From NCBI RefSeq assembly GCF_000007005.1, contig NC_002754.1: 64,000 nucleotides of DNA. One strand, given 5' to 3'. A program made the translations under genes and the position numbers. A model generated the notes under the pieces. That model ran no database searches. It saw nothing but the letters and a program-made list of their open reading frames with translations, and had not been told where the DNA came from. Below are positions 34,135 through 46,083 of this stretch, in pieces (positions within the stretch are counted from its first letter, which is position 1; every line of letters begins with the position of its first letter). The stretch is from Saccharolobus solfataricus P2. GTDB taxonomy: Archaea; Thermoproteota; Thermoprotei_A; Sulfolobales; Sulfolobaceae.

Positions 34135-35010
34135 CTACTTAATAGTTATGTAAGATAGGTCGTCTGGTAAAATGGATTTCGGGAAAATTCTCCTAGCCAT
34201 TTTTAAATGCTCACTTACGTCCTCATATCTGGGACTTATGTGTGTTAATGCTAACAGTTTAACTGATGCTTCCAAAGCGATTTTTGCAGCATCTGTTACG
34301 TTTGAATGTCCGTACGTATAAGCTGAGGGTTCATCTAAGAATGTTGAATCGTGAATTAAGATATCGACACCTTTAACAGAGTCTACTACAGATTGACAAG
34401 GCATAGTATCTCCAGTATAGGCTACTTTCGATCCTCTCTTTATCACTAAATAGTCCTCAGGCTTTAATAACTTGCCATTATACTCCACTGTCTTTCCTTC
34501 TTTTAATTTTCTTATTACTCTCCAATCTCTTATTTTTTCTTTTTCTAATTTTTCTTCATCTATTTTTACTCTATCCTTTTCCATGATTAAATATCCTTGG
34601 GACTCTATGGTATGGCAAGTTTTAAATGTAGAAATTGTAATATTCTCGTCATTATAGTTATCTATGAACTCTATCTTGAATGAAGGATTGAATTTGGAGT
34701 ATTCGAAGGATGTGTATAGGAAATCCTTAAGTTTTCTTGGGCCTAGTATATATAATGTCTCCTTTCTATCTAGAAGACCCATGCTTGCAATCACTCCTAG
34801 TAGTCCAAATACGTGATCTCCATGCATGTGAGATATTCCTATGATTTTTATTGAATTTATTCCTAACTTATAGTTCATTAACGTATATTGTGTTCCTTCT
34901 CCACAGTCTAATAAAATGTTTACTCCCTCTCTCCTTACCAAGAATGCTGGTAATTTTCTCTTCTTAGAAGGGGAACCTGCTCCCGTACCTAAAAAGAATA
35001 TTTGAATCAC
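34135..35010 (-). CDS. rnz: Ribonuclease Z
   Basis: LGTGAG.P, DCGEGTQ, SHMHGDH, YTGDT, HISPRY. The track lists it as +, but the sequence reads GTG ATT CAA ATA from 35010 on the minus strand with TAG at 34135-34137. Confidence 0.95.
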   Translation of the reverse strand: MIQIFFLGTGAGSPSKKRKLPAFLVRREGVNILLDCGEGTQYTLMNYKLGINSIKIIGISHMHGDHVFGLLGVIASMGLLDRKETLYILGPRKLKDFLYTSFEYSKFNPSFKIEFIDNYNDENITISTFKTCHTIESQGYLIMEKDRVKIDEEKLEKEKIRDWRVIRKLKEGKTVEYNGKLLKPEDYLVIKRGSKVAYTGDTMPCQSVVDSVKGVDILIHDSTFLDEPSAYTYGHSNVTDAAKIALEASVKLLALTHISPRYEDVSEHLKMARRIFPKSILPDDLSYITIK

Positions 35011-35951
35011 TTTTTCTGCACCACGTAAATTGCCCTTGTTAAACTCTTATGTGAGTATAAGTAATGTAGACCTTTTATAATAAAACTATTTTCCTTTAAT
35101 TTATCTATAAAATTGAATCGTGAGTCTGTTGCGAAGACCAGAAATCCACCCTTTGTTAACGTCTCTGATGCTGAGGAAAAGAATTCCTCATAGAGTTGGG
35201 TTAATTCTGCACCCTTATTTTTAGTTGATCTTCCATATGGGGGATCCGTTGCTATTGACGTTATTTGGCGAAATGGTAAATTAGTAGCAGAAGAGAATAA
35301 TAAACTACAATAGTAATTGAAATAATTTAGGTTTATTTTGGTCTTTTGTAACATTGCTTTATCTAAGTCACTTCCTATACACTCATAGTTCAACCATCTT
35401 GCTTCTATTAATATTGATCCAGTACCGACGAAAGGATCAAGTACTTCTTTTTTAGGTCTAGAGAGGTTTACCAGTAATCTCGAAGTCTCAGGGTTCATTG
35501 TTCCAGACTGAGAGAATGGTTTCTTCTCGTGTTCATGGAGACTTTTAGAGTCAATTTGTCCCTTTATTTTTCCCAATATAATCACTCCGTCAGTTAGTAT
35601 TATGTCAATTTTCTCGCATTCCTTCGACACTTTTACTCCTCTTTTTATCTCGTAATTTATTGCATTCAACTTATCCTTTTGAGAGCCCATTATTACGTCT
35701 TCCTTTATCCAGAAACATCCCCCTCTTAGCATCTCATTAATTTTTTTCGGATCATCTGAGATATACACAAGTTCGCCACTTCTTTTTATTCTAGCCGATC
35801 TGTTAGCTATGTCTCCTTTATTTCCTTCGAATATTGCTACCCCAGTGAAATAGTTAATCTCAGCGTTATCATCGTTAAGCAGAGCTCTCAATTCGGCCAA
35901 TGACAAAAAATAGTTGTTCCCTTTTAATACGGCATAGGATGTAGTTTTCAT
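35007..35951 (-). CDS. Trm11/TrmG10-like tRNA guanine-N2 methyltransferase
   Basis: LDPFVGTGSIL, TDPPYGRS, KKPFSQSGTMNP. Confidence 0.82.
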   Translation of the reverse strand: MKTTSYAVLKGNNYFLSLAELRALLNDDNAEINYFTGVAIFEGNKGDIANRSARIKRSGELVYISDDPKKINEMLRGGCFWIKEDVIMGSQKDKLNAINYEIKRGVKVSKECEKIDIILTDGVIILGKIKGQIDSKSLHEHEKKPFSQSGTMNPETSRLLVNLSRPKKEVLDPFVGTGSILIEARWLNYECIGSDLDKAMLQKTKINLNYFNYYCSLLFSSATNLPFRQITSIATDPPYGRSTKNKGAELTQLYEEFFSSASETLTKGGFLVFATDSRFNFIDKLKENSFIIKGLHYLYSHKSLTRAIYVVQKK

Positions 35952-36832
35952 AAGCTTAGTGCTATTGATTGTGAAACGTCTATAGTTATTATATCTTTAT
36001 CATTTACATTGATGGTATTTGTTCCTATTAACGTTTTTACTCCCACCTCTCTTAATCTCTCTTTTGCACCTCCTACTAGCAATAGGTGAATTGCTGCTGC
36101 TGTAACGCTTTTAGCACCTAATGAATAGGCTAAGCGTGTAGCTTGTACTATGGTGCCCCCTGTGCTAATTATATCGTCTATTATAACTACATCTTTACCT
36201 TTTAGGTTAATATTTGGCGCCTCTTTTATTCTGACTTCACCCGTTGTTCTATCCCTTTCCTTTTCGATATAAGAGTACGGAGCATTAATTTCCTCAGCGA
36301 TTTTTCTAGCTCTATCTAATGCTCCTCTATCCGGTGCCAATATGAATGGGTCTTCGATAATTTCTTTTATTTTTCTCGCAATTTGATGATAAGGATGGAC
36401 TATCTTAAGTTCCCCTTTAAAGTACGATAACTCTTCTGGCTTATGTGGTTCTACTACTACTAAAGTGTTAACTCCTACTTCGCTCAGTATATGTAAGATT
36501 GTTTTTATGCTAATTGCTTCTCCATCTTTGAATCTTCTGTCTTGTCTACTATATGCTAAGTATGGTACTATAGCAGTCAGTTTTTTAGCTCCTAGATCCC
36601 TTATTGTTTCTGCAATTAGAAATAGTTCTATTAGATGTTTATCTTGTGGGTAATCTGTTGTCTGTACTAATAATACTTCTTCATCTCTTATTGAAGAGGG
36701 TACTCTTATGTAAGATTCCCCATCGGGAAATATTTTGTTTTCCACTTTTACTAAAGGTATGGATAATATTTTTGATAAGCTTTCGTCTATTCCATTAGTG
36801 GCTGATCCACCTATTATTATCATTATTATCAT
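35948..36832 (-). CDS. prs: Ribose-phosphate pyrophosphokinase
   Basis: FPDGESY, PYLAYSRQD, APDRGA, IIDDIISTGGT. Confidence 0.95.
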   Translation of the reverse strand: MIIMIIIGGSATNGIDESLSKILSIPLVKVENKIFPDGESYIRVPSSIRDEEVLLVQTTDYPQDKHLIELFLIAETIRDLGAKKLTAIVPYLAYSRQDRRFKDGEAISIKTILHILSEVGVNTLVVVEPHKPEELSYFKGELKIVHPYHQIARKIKEIIEDPFILAPDRGALDRARKIAEEINAPYSYIEKERDRTTGEVRIKEAPNINLKGKDVVIIDDIISTGGTIVQATRLAYSLGAKSVTAAAIHLLLVGGAKERLREVGVKTLIGTNTINVNDKDIITIDVSQSIALSL

Positions 36833-36865
36833 CTTTAAGGGGAAGTTTTTAAGATTAAAAGCTGA

Positions 36866-37645
36866 GTGAAAAGAGATATGTACTATGTTTTTATACTTGG
36901 AACTGCGGGATCAGGAAAGACAACCTTGACAAAAAATTTACAAGATTATTTACTTGATCAAGAGATGGATACGGCAGTAATAAACTTGGATCCAGCGGTT
37001 GAACACTTACCTTATACCCCCGATTTTGATGTTAGAGATTATGTTGACGCATATGAGGTGATGCAAAACTATCATTTAGGGCCTAATTCTAGTTTAATAG
37101 CATCTATTGATTTAATTTTGACTAAGGCGTCTGAGATCAAATCGGAAATCGATCAAATTGAAGCTAATTATGTACTAGTTGATACACCTGGACAAATAGA
37201 GCTATTTGCGTATAGGGATACTGGTAGGCTAATTTCCCAGTTAATTAGAGGAAATAATAAGGCATTGGGACTATTTCTTCTAGACTCTTTTTTAGCTAAG
37301 GAAGCTAGAAGTTTTATATCCTTATTACTTCTTTCAAGTTCCATAAAATTTAGGTTGGACTTACCGATTATCAATATACTTAATAAGATAGATCTTCTGA
37401 CAGAAAAGGAGTTAGAGCAGATATTGGCGTGGGGAGATAATGCTGAGAATTTGATTGACGAGTTGGGTAGGTTAGATGAGTATTCCCTTGAGCTAGTTAA
37501 TTTATTAATAGAAAGCTTGTCTTATAACCTAATTCCCATGTCATCAGAAGAGGGCAAGGGATTTAACGAACTCTACGCTGAAATTCAAAGAGTAATAGCT
37601 GGTGGTGAGGATTATTTAACTGAAGAGTCTAATCCTAAGTTATAA
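36866..37645 (+). CDS. GPN-loop GTPase
   Basis: GTAGSGKTT, NLDPA, LGPNSS, DTPGQIE, NKID; start may be ATG 36878. Confidence 0.92.
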   Translation: MKRDMYYVFILGTAGSGKTTLTKNLQDYLLDQEMDTAVINLDPAVEHLPYTPDFDVRDYVDAYEVMQNYHLGPNSSLIASIDLILTKASEIKSEIDQIEANYVLVDTPGQIELFAYRDTGRLISQLIRGNNKALGLFLLDSFLAKEARSFISLLLLSSSIKFRLDLPIINILNKIDLLTEKELEQILAWGDNAENLIDELGRLDEYSLELVNLLIESLSYNLIPMSSEEGKGFNELYAEIQRVIAGGEDYLTEESNPKL

Positions 37646-37677
37646 GCTTTATTAGTCCTATAGACTAAATTAAATAG

Positions 37678-38418
37678 ATGATGAAAGCTAAGGTAATTGA
37701 CGCTGTCTCATTCTCTTATATATTAAGAACTGTGGGTGACTTCTTGAGTGAAGCCAACTTTATTGTTACTAAGGAGGGTATAAGAGTTAGCGGAATTGAT
37801 CCTTCAAGAGTAGTTTTTCTAGATATATTTCTCCCATCGAGTTACTTTGAGGGATTTGAAGTTAGTCAAGAGAAGGAAATAATAGGGTTTAAGTTAGAGG
37901 ATGTAAATGATATACTAAAACGTGTTTTAAAGGACGATACGTTAATACTATCCTCGAACGAATCTAAATTAACACTTACTTTTGATGGAGAATTCACTAG
38001 ATCTTTCGAGCTTCCATTAATTCAAGTTGAATCTACACAGCCGCCTTCAGTCAATTTAGAGTTTCCATTTAAGGCTCAACTACTCACTATAACTTTTGCG
38101 GATATAATTGACGAGTTATCTGATTTAGGTGAAGTTTTGAATATACACTCCAAGGAGAATAAACTTTATTTTGAAGTTATTGGAGACCTCTCCACTGCAA
38201 AAGTAGAGTTGTCAACGGATAACGGTACGTTATTAGAAGCTTCTGGCGCAGATGTCAGTAGCAGTTATGGGATGGAATACGTTGCGAATACAACTAAAAT
38301 GAGAAGAGCTTCCGATTCAATGGAATTGTATTTTGGTTCTCAAATTCCTTTGAAGCTTCGATTTAAATTACCGCAGGAAGGCTATGGGGACTTTTACATT
38401 GCACCAAGGGCAGACTAA
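37678..38418 (+). CDS. pcna2: PCNA sliding-clamp subunit (PCNA2 of the Sulfolobus heterotrimer)
   Basis: [14 protein letters not shown]-type length, C-terminal YIAPR; directly upstream of priS. Confidence 0.92.
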   Translation: MMKAKVIDAVSFSYILRTVGDFLSEANFIVTKEGIRVSGIDPSRVVFLDIFLPSSYFEGFEVSQEKEIIGFKLEDVNDILKRVLKDDTLILSSNESKLTLTFDGEFTRSFELPLIQVESTQPPSVNLEFPFKAQLLTITFADIIDELSDLGEVLNIHSKENKLYFEVIGDLSTAKVELSTDNGTLLEASGADVSSSYGMEYVANTTKMRRASDSMELYFGSQIPLKLRFKLPQEGYGDFYIAPRAD

Positions 38419-39376
38419 TCTAATAAAGAGTTTTTTTAGGAACTACTATTTAAATGCGGAATTGGAATTGCCAAAGGATATGGAATTAAGGGAGTTTGCT
38501 CTCCAACCATTTGGCTCAGACACCTACGTAAGGCATCTTTCCTTCTCTTCTAGCGAAGAATTAAGGGACTACTTAGTTAACAGAAATTTACCACTTCATT
38601 TATTTTACTCTTCAGCTAGGTATCAGTTACCGAGCGCTAGAAATATGGAGGAGAAAGCTTGGATGGGGTCCGATTTGTTATTTGATATAGATGCTGATCA
38701 CCTATGCAAATTAAGGTCAATTAGGTTTTGTCCAGTTTGTGGTAATGCCGTAGTTTCTGAGAAATGTGAGAGAGATAACGTAGAGACTTTAGAGTATGTT
38801 GAGATGACTAGCGAGTGTATAAAAAGGGGTTTAGAACAGACTAGAAACTTGGTTGAAATTCTTGAGGATGACTTCGGATTAAAACCTAAGGTTTACTTTT
38901 CTGGAAATAGAGGTTTTCACGTACAAGTCGATTGTTATGGTAATTGTGCATTATTAGATTCTGATGAAAGGAAAGAAATTGCCGAGTACGTCATGGGTAT
39001 TGGTGTTCCAGGCTACCCTGGTGGTAGTGAAAATGCTCCGGGATGGGTTGGAAGGAAAAATCGCGGTATAAATGGGGTTACTATTGATGAGCAAGTCACT
39101 ATTGATGTTAAGAGGCTAATTAGGATTCCAAATTCTCTACATGGGAAATCTGGATTAATTGTTAAGAGAGTACCTAATTTGGATGATTTTGAATTTAATG
39201 AGACTTTATCTCCATTTACGGGATATACGATATTTTTGCCGTATATTACTATAGAGACTGAGGTTTTAGGTAGTATCATTAAGTTAAATAGGGGTATACC
39301 AATTAAGATTAAATCTAGTATTGGGATTTATCTTCATTTGAGAAACTTGGGTGAGGTAAAGGCTTATGTTAGATGA
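38384..39376 (+). CDS. priS: DNA primase small subunit
   Basis: [46 protein letters not shown]. Confidence 0.95.
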
Positions 39377-39821
39377 ATTGGTTAAAAAGGAATTATCAGA
39401 GGAAGAAATTACTGAAATTAAGCTAGAGGAAATAATCAAGTACATCACTCTCATTAAGAAATCTAAAACTTTTGTTAGTTCTGAAATCAGAAAGGAGGAA
39501 TTGAAATTTCTTTCAGAGCTGGCTGAATCGTTATTTGAGCTAAGATTGTCAAAAGTTCTAGAGGGAAAGGTCGGCAAAGGGTTTGACGAATTTATCTTCG
39601 ATATTTTTAAGATATTAAAACAATTTTACGTTGATTTATTAACTGGCAGATACATAATTTATAATGATAAAATCTATTGCATAGTACAGAAACCATTAAT
39701 ATATAATGATCACAGGGTTAATGAGGGAGATGTTTTGGTTTTACCTATGAGAGAAGCCTTGCCATTAATAATAGCAAGTTATTTAACTCCCTATAAGATA
39801 GATATTGAAGAACAATTATGA
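39366..39821 (+). CDS. gins15: GINS subunit Gins15 (Gins51)
   Basis: Alpha-helical N-terminal domain plus C-terminal B domain (GDVLVLP..EA..LI); conserved position after priS. Confidence 0.8.
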   Translation: MLDELVKKELSEEEITEIKLEEIIKYITLIKKSKTFVSSEIRKEELKFLSELAESLFELRLSKVLEGKVGKGFDEFIFDIFKILKQFYVDLLTGRYIIYNDKIYCIVQKPLIYNDHRVNEGDVLVLPMREALPLIIASYLTPYKIDIEEQL

Positions 39822-40105
39822 AAGTCCCTAAGGTCATCAGCACATATTGTCCAAAGTGTAAGACTCATACAGATCACTCTGTATCACTATACAAGAGCGG
39901 TAAGAGAAGAAATCTCGCTGAAGGACAGAGAAGATATGAGAGAAAGAATATTGGATATGGAAGTAAAAGAAAACCAGAACAGAAGAGATTTGCAAAAGTT
40001 ACAAAGAAGCAAACGTTAGTTTTGAAGTGTTCTAAGTGTGGTTACACTATAGTAAAAGAGGGAATTAGAGTAAAGAAGTTAGAATTAGTAGAGGTGGCTA
40101 AGTGA
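39818..40105 (+). CDS. rpl44e: 50S ribosomal protein L44e
   Basis: [29 protein letters not shown]. Confidence 0.95.
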   Translation: MKVPKVISTYCPKCKTHTDHSVSLYKSGKRRNLAEGQRRYERKNIGYGSKRKPEQKRFAKVTKKQTLVLKCSKCGYTIVKEGIRVKKLELVEVAK

Positions 40106-40302
40106 TGAGAAAACTAAGGGTCCTAATTCCAGAGCCAAAGAGTAGATTCCTTAGAGTAAAGTGTCCAAATTGTGGTAATGAACAAACAATATTTAGTCAT
40201 GCTACATTTCCAGTTAGATGTCTAAGTTGTGGGACTGAGTTAGTATACTCTATGGGCGGTAAAGCAAAAATAGTTGGAGAAGTAGTTAGAATAATGGGTT
40301 AA
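40102..40302 (+). CDS. rps27e: 30S ribosomal protein S27e
   Basis: [26 protein letters not shown]. Confidence 0.95.
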   Translation: MMRKLRVLIPEPKSRFLRVKCPNCGNEQTIFSHATFPVRCLSCGTELVYSMGGKAKIVGEVVRIMG

Positions 40303-40304
40303 AG

Positions 40305-41101
<797 letters not shown>

Positions 41102-41105
<4 letters not shown>

Positions 41106-41272
41106 AGTGGAAAATGAGGAAATGTCCTAAAGACAACATCTATACTTTTAAAGATACTTGCCAAATATGTGGCTCTAAAACTGTGATCCCTCATCCATCC
41201 AGATTTTCTCCGGAAGACAAATACGTAAAATATAGAATCGAATTAAAAAAAGGAATAACGCTTAACTGTTAA
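41102..41272 (+). CDS. nop10: H/ACA RNP protein Nop10
   Basis: Below the track cutoff; [45 protein letters not shown], 56 aa, ATGA overlap with aIF2a. Confidence 0.92.
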
Positions 41273-43556
41273 CCATTACTGTAGGTTTTAATACTGTACC
41301 AGGCTGGGTAAACTGGTATACCATTACCATTATATAAACAGTGTAGTACAATCCTCCCGCACCTCCATTTCCTACTGGGAATAATGCTATATATGCAGGT
41401 TGGAAGTACATTAGTTGAACACGTGGTAATGGAGATCCCGTTATCGTATATCCAGAACTGGTAGGGACTATTTGCGTTGTAAATGGAGCAATAGGTTGTC
41501 CATATCCTATCTGATATAGACTCTCAATGAACATTTGGACTATAAGTGAGTTATAGGCCTTAGGAGTCCACGCAAATGGTTCAGCTTGTGAAACTTGTGA
41601 AGCTAAGGTCTGAGCAATAGTTGGATTAGTAGTGGCATAAGTATTAATTATTTGTGTTATCGTATTATTTATTTCAGTTAGATTTACGTATTCATCTAAA
41701 GGATATCCAGCTATCGTTGTCATCGCCCCCATAGCTTTTCCAATATCTCCTAAACTTGTTGTGTATCCAAAGAATGCTCCAGGAAAACTAGGCGGATATC
41801 CAACATACCATTGAGCTTGGCTACCAGCATACACAAACGTGACAGCATCGTAGGCCACTATATAAACTGGTATGGTATAGTTTGGACTACCGTAAGGATA
41901 TAGATGGAAATCGTTTTCTAGTACATTAGCAGCGAAAGTTTCATTGTTCAAAAACATTTCAGCCATTAATCTAATTTGTGTCCCGTTAAGTGTATTATTT
42001 TCATCTATGACACTCCTATTTGTTAAAACTTCTAGCCAATATCCGTAATCCCACCAAGATAATACAAATGCGTTTTGTGGAGAATGTGTTCTTATCCAAT
42101 TTGCTGCAGATACCCAAGAATAATTAGTTGTCAGGAAGCTGGTAGCTGCATTGGTTATTGCTGGAGGTTCGTTGCTTGCTAGCGTTGCTAATCCAGCATC
42201 TGCTACTAAGGATATCCCTACTAGCGCTAAAATGAAACCTACCAATATTTTGTTACCATTCCCATTTTTAACTCCCTTTAGTAGGTTATCTGAAATATAG
42301 TATACTCCTAAACCTCCTAATGTAGCTACCATATAGGCTGTATAGTTAAATAGATATGGTTGTTCTGATGTGCCAAATATACTCGCAACTCCTAACACTA
42401 ATAGCCATAAACCCACTAGGTTTCCTCTTCTTATCAAGTAGTACATTCCTATGACTGATAAGAATAGTGCTATTCCGAAATCTTGGATCATTGCGGTTAT
42501 TGGTTGAGGAATATATTCTGCTACTGTCTTATCTATAGGTACTGTAACCTGATAAAACGGATTTATTATAGCGTAATACCTTGAGGGTATTGGGGCTGAT
42601 GTAGGTCTTAGTATTGATAACCCAGACAATCCTAAAGTAAGTATAAAAATTAGTACCGCAATTACTATTAAATTTCTTGAATCTACGATTTCTTTAGGAA
42701 GTGTTCTGGATAGATATAAGTCTAGATAAAGAACTGCGGAGATCAAAAGTAAGGAAAAGCCATGTGCTAGTCCCGACATGAAACCTATATTATTTGGGGC
42801 CAAGGAAGTTAGAAACGAAGTTACAACTACCATTATTGTGTAAAGGTTTGCAGTAATCTCGTCATTTCTATTTAAGAGAATTAGTAAGAACGCTGCTACA
42901 AGCAAACTTAAGTCAATATAGGTGTAACCTCCCCAAGAAATCTCGGCTAAAAATAGCACTATACCTGCCGGTATGCCATACCAGATGTTCTTCTTCTTTA
43001 AACCTTGATTTAGGAGGAAAATTGCAAATAGTATAAATACCGCACCCCACGATGTCTTAGGAAGTCCACCTAACAAGTTCTTATATGTTAATGCAGGAGA
43101 AACTGCTATTATTGCTGCAGCCATATAACCGGCTAATCTACTATTAGTAATTGATTCTATCGAAAGATATGATGCTATAACGCCTAGTCCAGCTAATAAA
43201 ATGTCAGAAAATATCGCTACCGTATATACTGCATTTGCTCCGTAAGTTCCATAAAAGGGTAAAGAGGCTAATGCAACCAAGAATGGCAAGCCTATAGTAT
43301 TCCCGAGTTCAATAAAGTACCCCCACGGGAACCAGCCCAGTACGTCTGGAGGTACTGCATACCAATTTCCATGAACTTGCGCTATCAGCAATGCGTTGTA
43401 GAAGAGATACCAAGGATCGAATTCGTTAACTGCTAAAGGCCAATTAGCGCTTAGGCTTCTAATTAATATTGACACTAATGAAAGACCCACTATTAGAGGT
43501 AAGTCTATGAATGACATTTTTCGTAAATCTCTTCTCAGTCCCTTAACTGATTGCAT
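41262..43556 (-). CDS. aglB: Oligosaccharyltransferase AglB (STT3 family)
   Basis: EFDPWY, TVAEY, SWWDYG, DENNT. Confidence 0.95.
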
Positions 43557-43794
43557 GGCTATAGTGTATTAGGTATTATACATTTATTAAACTTATTCCA
43601 AGTATTGCCTGGTTGATCCATTGAATATTTTCCATAAACTACTATTATCTTCATTTTAATTAGTATTTGTATGTCAATTTAGATTTGTAACATCCTTCAA
43701 ATGCAGCAAAAATTCATAACTCCATAAAAGCATCTAAGCATACTTACAGTTTTAGTTCACAGAGGATCATTTTTAATTAAAGCTCTTAATTGAC

Positions 43795-45708
43795 ATGATA
43801 AAGAACAGCGCTTTCATTGCTTTAGGAATTATACTCATTGACATTCTTGTTATCTACTTCTTTCTCTATATGCCGTTTTCATTATCAACATTCTACCCCT
43901 CCTTCTTGCTTGGGCCAATCTACAATTTTAACCCTATAGAATACGCCAAAAGTTTCCCAGTAAGTATTAACTACTCTTCATTAACTTCCAATGATTCAAG
44001 GGCACTCTTCATTTACAATACATCTGGAAAGCCAATTTTACAGCAGATTATCGGTATTTTAAAACTTAATGCAAGTCGAGTAAGTCCAGAAGCTTATTGG
44101 AGTGTTGCGGATTTAGCGGGTTTCTTTTCCAATTATACTGTAACTAAAAATTATTCTGTATACTTTCTAAATCCCTACTATTACGATAATATAGCAGAAC
44201 AACCTAATGTCACAGAAATATATTTAAATATTTCAGATATTTATGCTTCTCCCTTTTATACCTCCTATCCTCCAAGTGATAAGATAAACGCAACCTTCTC
44301 CTTTATTATTACGAACTCATTTTCGATCCAGAGTTACGCTAGTTGGAACTTCACTGATATTGAATGGCATTTTGGAGGAAATATATCCCAGAACGAATCC
44401 TACTATTACTATACTGCTACATTGAATTTGAATAAATATATGGTTGTCAACAATTCACACTACTATTATGAAGGGTCTTTGAGTTTTCGAATAGCAGTTA
44501 AACCTTGGGGTGTATCCCCAAGTACTATTTCAACTTACGTAGTTTATAATCAAAGCTTAAGTATTCCCTTAACGCTTTATCTATCTACGCATTCAGTAGA
44601 GCATCAGATAGGCAACAATTCTTGTGTGCTTACTCCCTCTTATCCACCTAAGGTAAACCAAGAATCTTTCGGGTATAATTTCTATAACTATTCAGCTTAT
44701 CTCTCTCTAAATGTAGACGTTTATAATGGATCATCCCCTGCGACTTTAATCTTACTCAACGGCAGCAAGATATATACAACACAAGAAAGGCATTTTAATT
44801 TTACGTTAGATTTAGAGGAATTTAGCTTTTCTCCCAAAGTTTTCAACATCAGTTTACTGACTTATGATAATGTTAAAGTGGGAAATTATTATATTGATAG
44901 GTATTGGTCCCCAGGATATATAGTGATTTATCCGCAGAAACATATTATATATAATGGAAACCTTAGACTCATTGTACTGAATTTTTTTATTCAATATCAT
45001 ATTATCCAGACTCCACCGGACTGGGTTTTTAATCACAAGCCATATACTGAGATATATAAGAACAATTATGCTAACATTTATTTACAGCAAGTAGGTTACT
45101 ACTATGGTCTTAATAGGTTACTTACCGAAATCGTGAAAAACTTTACTACAGATGAAAAATATAGTGTGTATTTAAGTTGGGAATTGCTATTACTTTCGTC
45201 TGAAATTTCTATGCAGATTAATTACTCTAGTCCAGCTCAAAATTACACAATGGCATTGTTAAGTAAAGAGGGTAGTGAATATCAAGCTTTCATGCAAATG
45301 GTTTTTATAGTATCTTGGAATCTGTGGTATACTACGTTTAACGGCTCATATTATTTTCTAGGTAAATGGATTCCTTGGACCTACGGTCTTTTCACCGGTT
45401 TTTCTATCCCAAATTTTTATAATAAAACATCCGTTCTACCTTATATAATACTAAATGGCTCTAATAGCTCCTATTTGCTTTTTAATATTGAATCGTTTAG
45501 GGTAACCTCTTGGTGGTATGAAAATGTGAATCTGGATAACGGCTCAATTCATGTAAACTATTTTAACGTTTATTCATACATTCCTAAGAAGGGAGATGTT
45601 TTAGTCCTACATAAATACTATAATTTTAGTGATCTTATATACGTAAATACCTTAGTGGCAAAATTTGTAGTAACGGAAAACATGAGTAATGGGCCCGACG
45701 GGATTTGA
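43795..45708 (+). CDS. Large secreted/membrane-anchored glycoprotein of unknown function
   Basis: 637 aa, N-terminal TM, Y/N/S-rich with many NxS/T sequons; its last codons overlap the tRNA-Ile 3' end. Confidence 0.75.
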   Translation: MIKNSAFIALGIILIDILVIYFFLYMPFSLSTFYPSFLLGPIYNFNPIEYAKSFPVSINYSSLTSNDSRALFIYNTSGKPILQQIIGILKLNASRVSPEAYWSVADLAGFFSNYTVTKNYSVYFLNPYYYDNIAEQPNVTEIYLNISDIYASPFYTSYPPSDKINATFSFIITNSFSIQSYASWNFTDIEWHFGGNISQNESYYYYTATLNLNKYMVVNNSHYYYEGSLSFRIAVKPWGVSPSTISTYVVYNQSLSIPLTLYLSTHSVEHQIGNNSCVLTPSYPPKVNQESFGYNFYNYSAYLSLNVDVYNGSSPATLILLNGSKIYTTQERHFNFTLDLEEFSFSPKVFNISLLTYDNVKVGNYYIDRYWSPGYIVIYPQKHIIYNGNLRLIVLNFFIQYHIIQTPPDWVFNHKPYTEIYKNNYANIYLQQVGYYYGLNRLLTEIVKNFTTDEKYSVYLSWELLLLSSEISMQINYSSPAQNYTMALLSKEGSEYQAFMQMVFIVSWNLWYTTFNGSYYFLGKWIPWTYGLFTGFSIPNFYNKTSVLPYIILNGSNSSYLLFNIESFRVTSWWYENVNLDNGSIHVNYFNVYSYIPKKGDVLVLHKYYNFSDLIYVNTLVAKFVVTENMSNGPDGI

Positions 45709-45775
45709 ACCCGTGACCTCCCGGTTTCTGAGCACCCTATCAGCCGGGCGCTCCACCAAGCTAAGCTACGGGCCC
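45690..45775 (-). tRNA. tRNA-Ile(GAT) with a 12-nt intron (45726-45737)
   Basis: GGGCCCG acceptor, CCCGG-CTGATA^A-CCGGG, GGTTCAAATCC; intron GGGTGCTCAGAA gives a CUGA/UCAG BHB helix. Confidence 0.95.
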
Positions 45776-46083
45776 TCTTAATCTATATCTTAAATTTCAT
45801 AATATAAAGCTTACTTAGCATTAGTTGCTTCCTCTTAGTCTGAAGACAAGATACTAAGTTATTCTTGAATATAGACAAGACTATCTGATTTTCAAATATT
45901 GAAAAATCTAAATAATATGTAACATTTCTATTCAAGTAATATGAAAATAGTTTAGAAAGAAGCTTTAAGAGTTTGCCATATACACGAATATATTTTAAAA
46001 ATATAGCCATATTAATGAAAAGTTATTATGTAGATCCATAGCAATCCTTAATAATTATTTTTTATCTGATTACCTAGATAGAG

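Noticed and set aside
34135-35010. Plus-strand assignment of RNase Z in the ORF track
   Set aside because: The listed protein is encoded on the minus strand (start 35010, stop 34135-34137).
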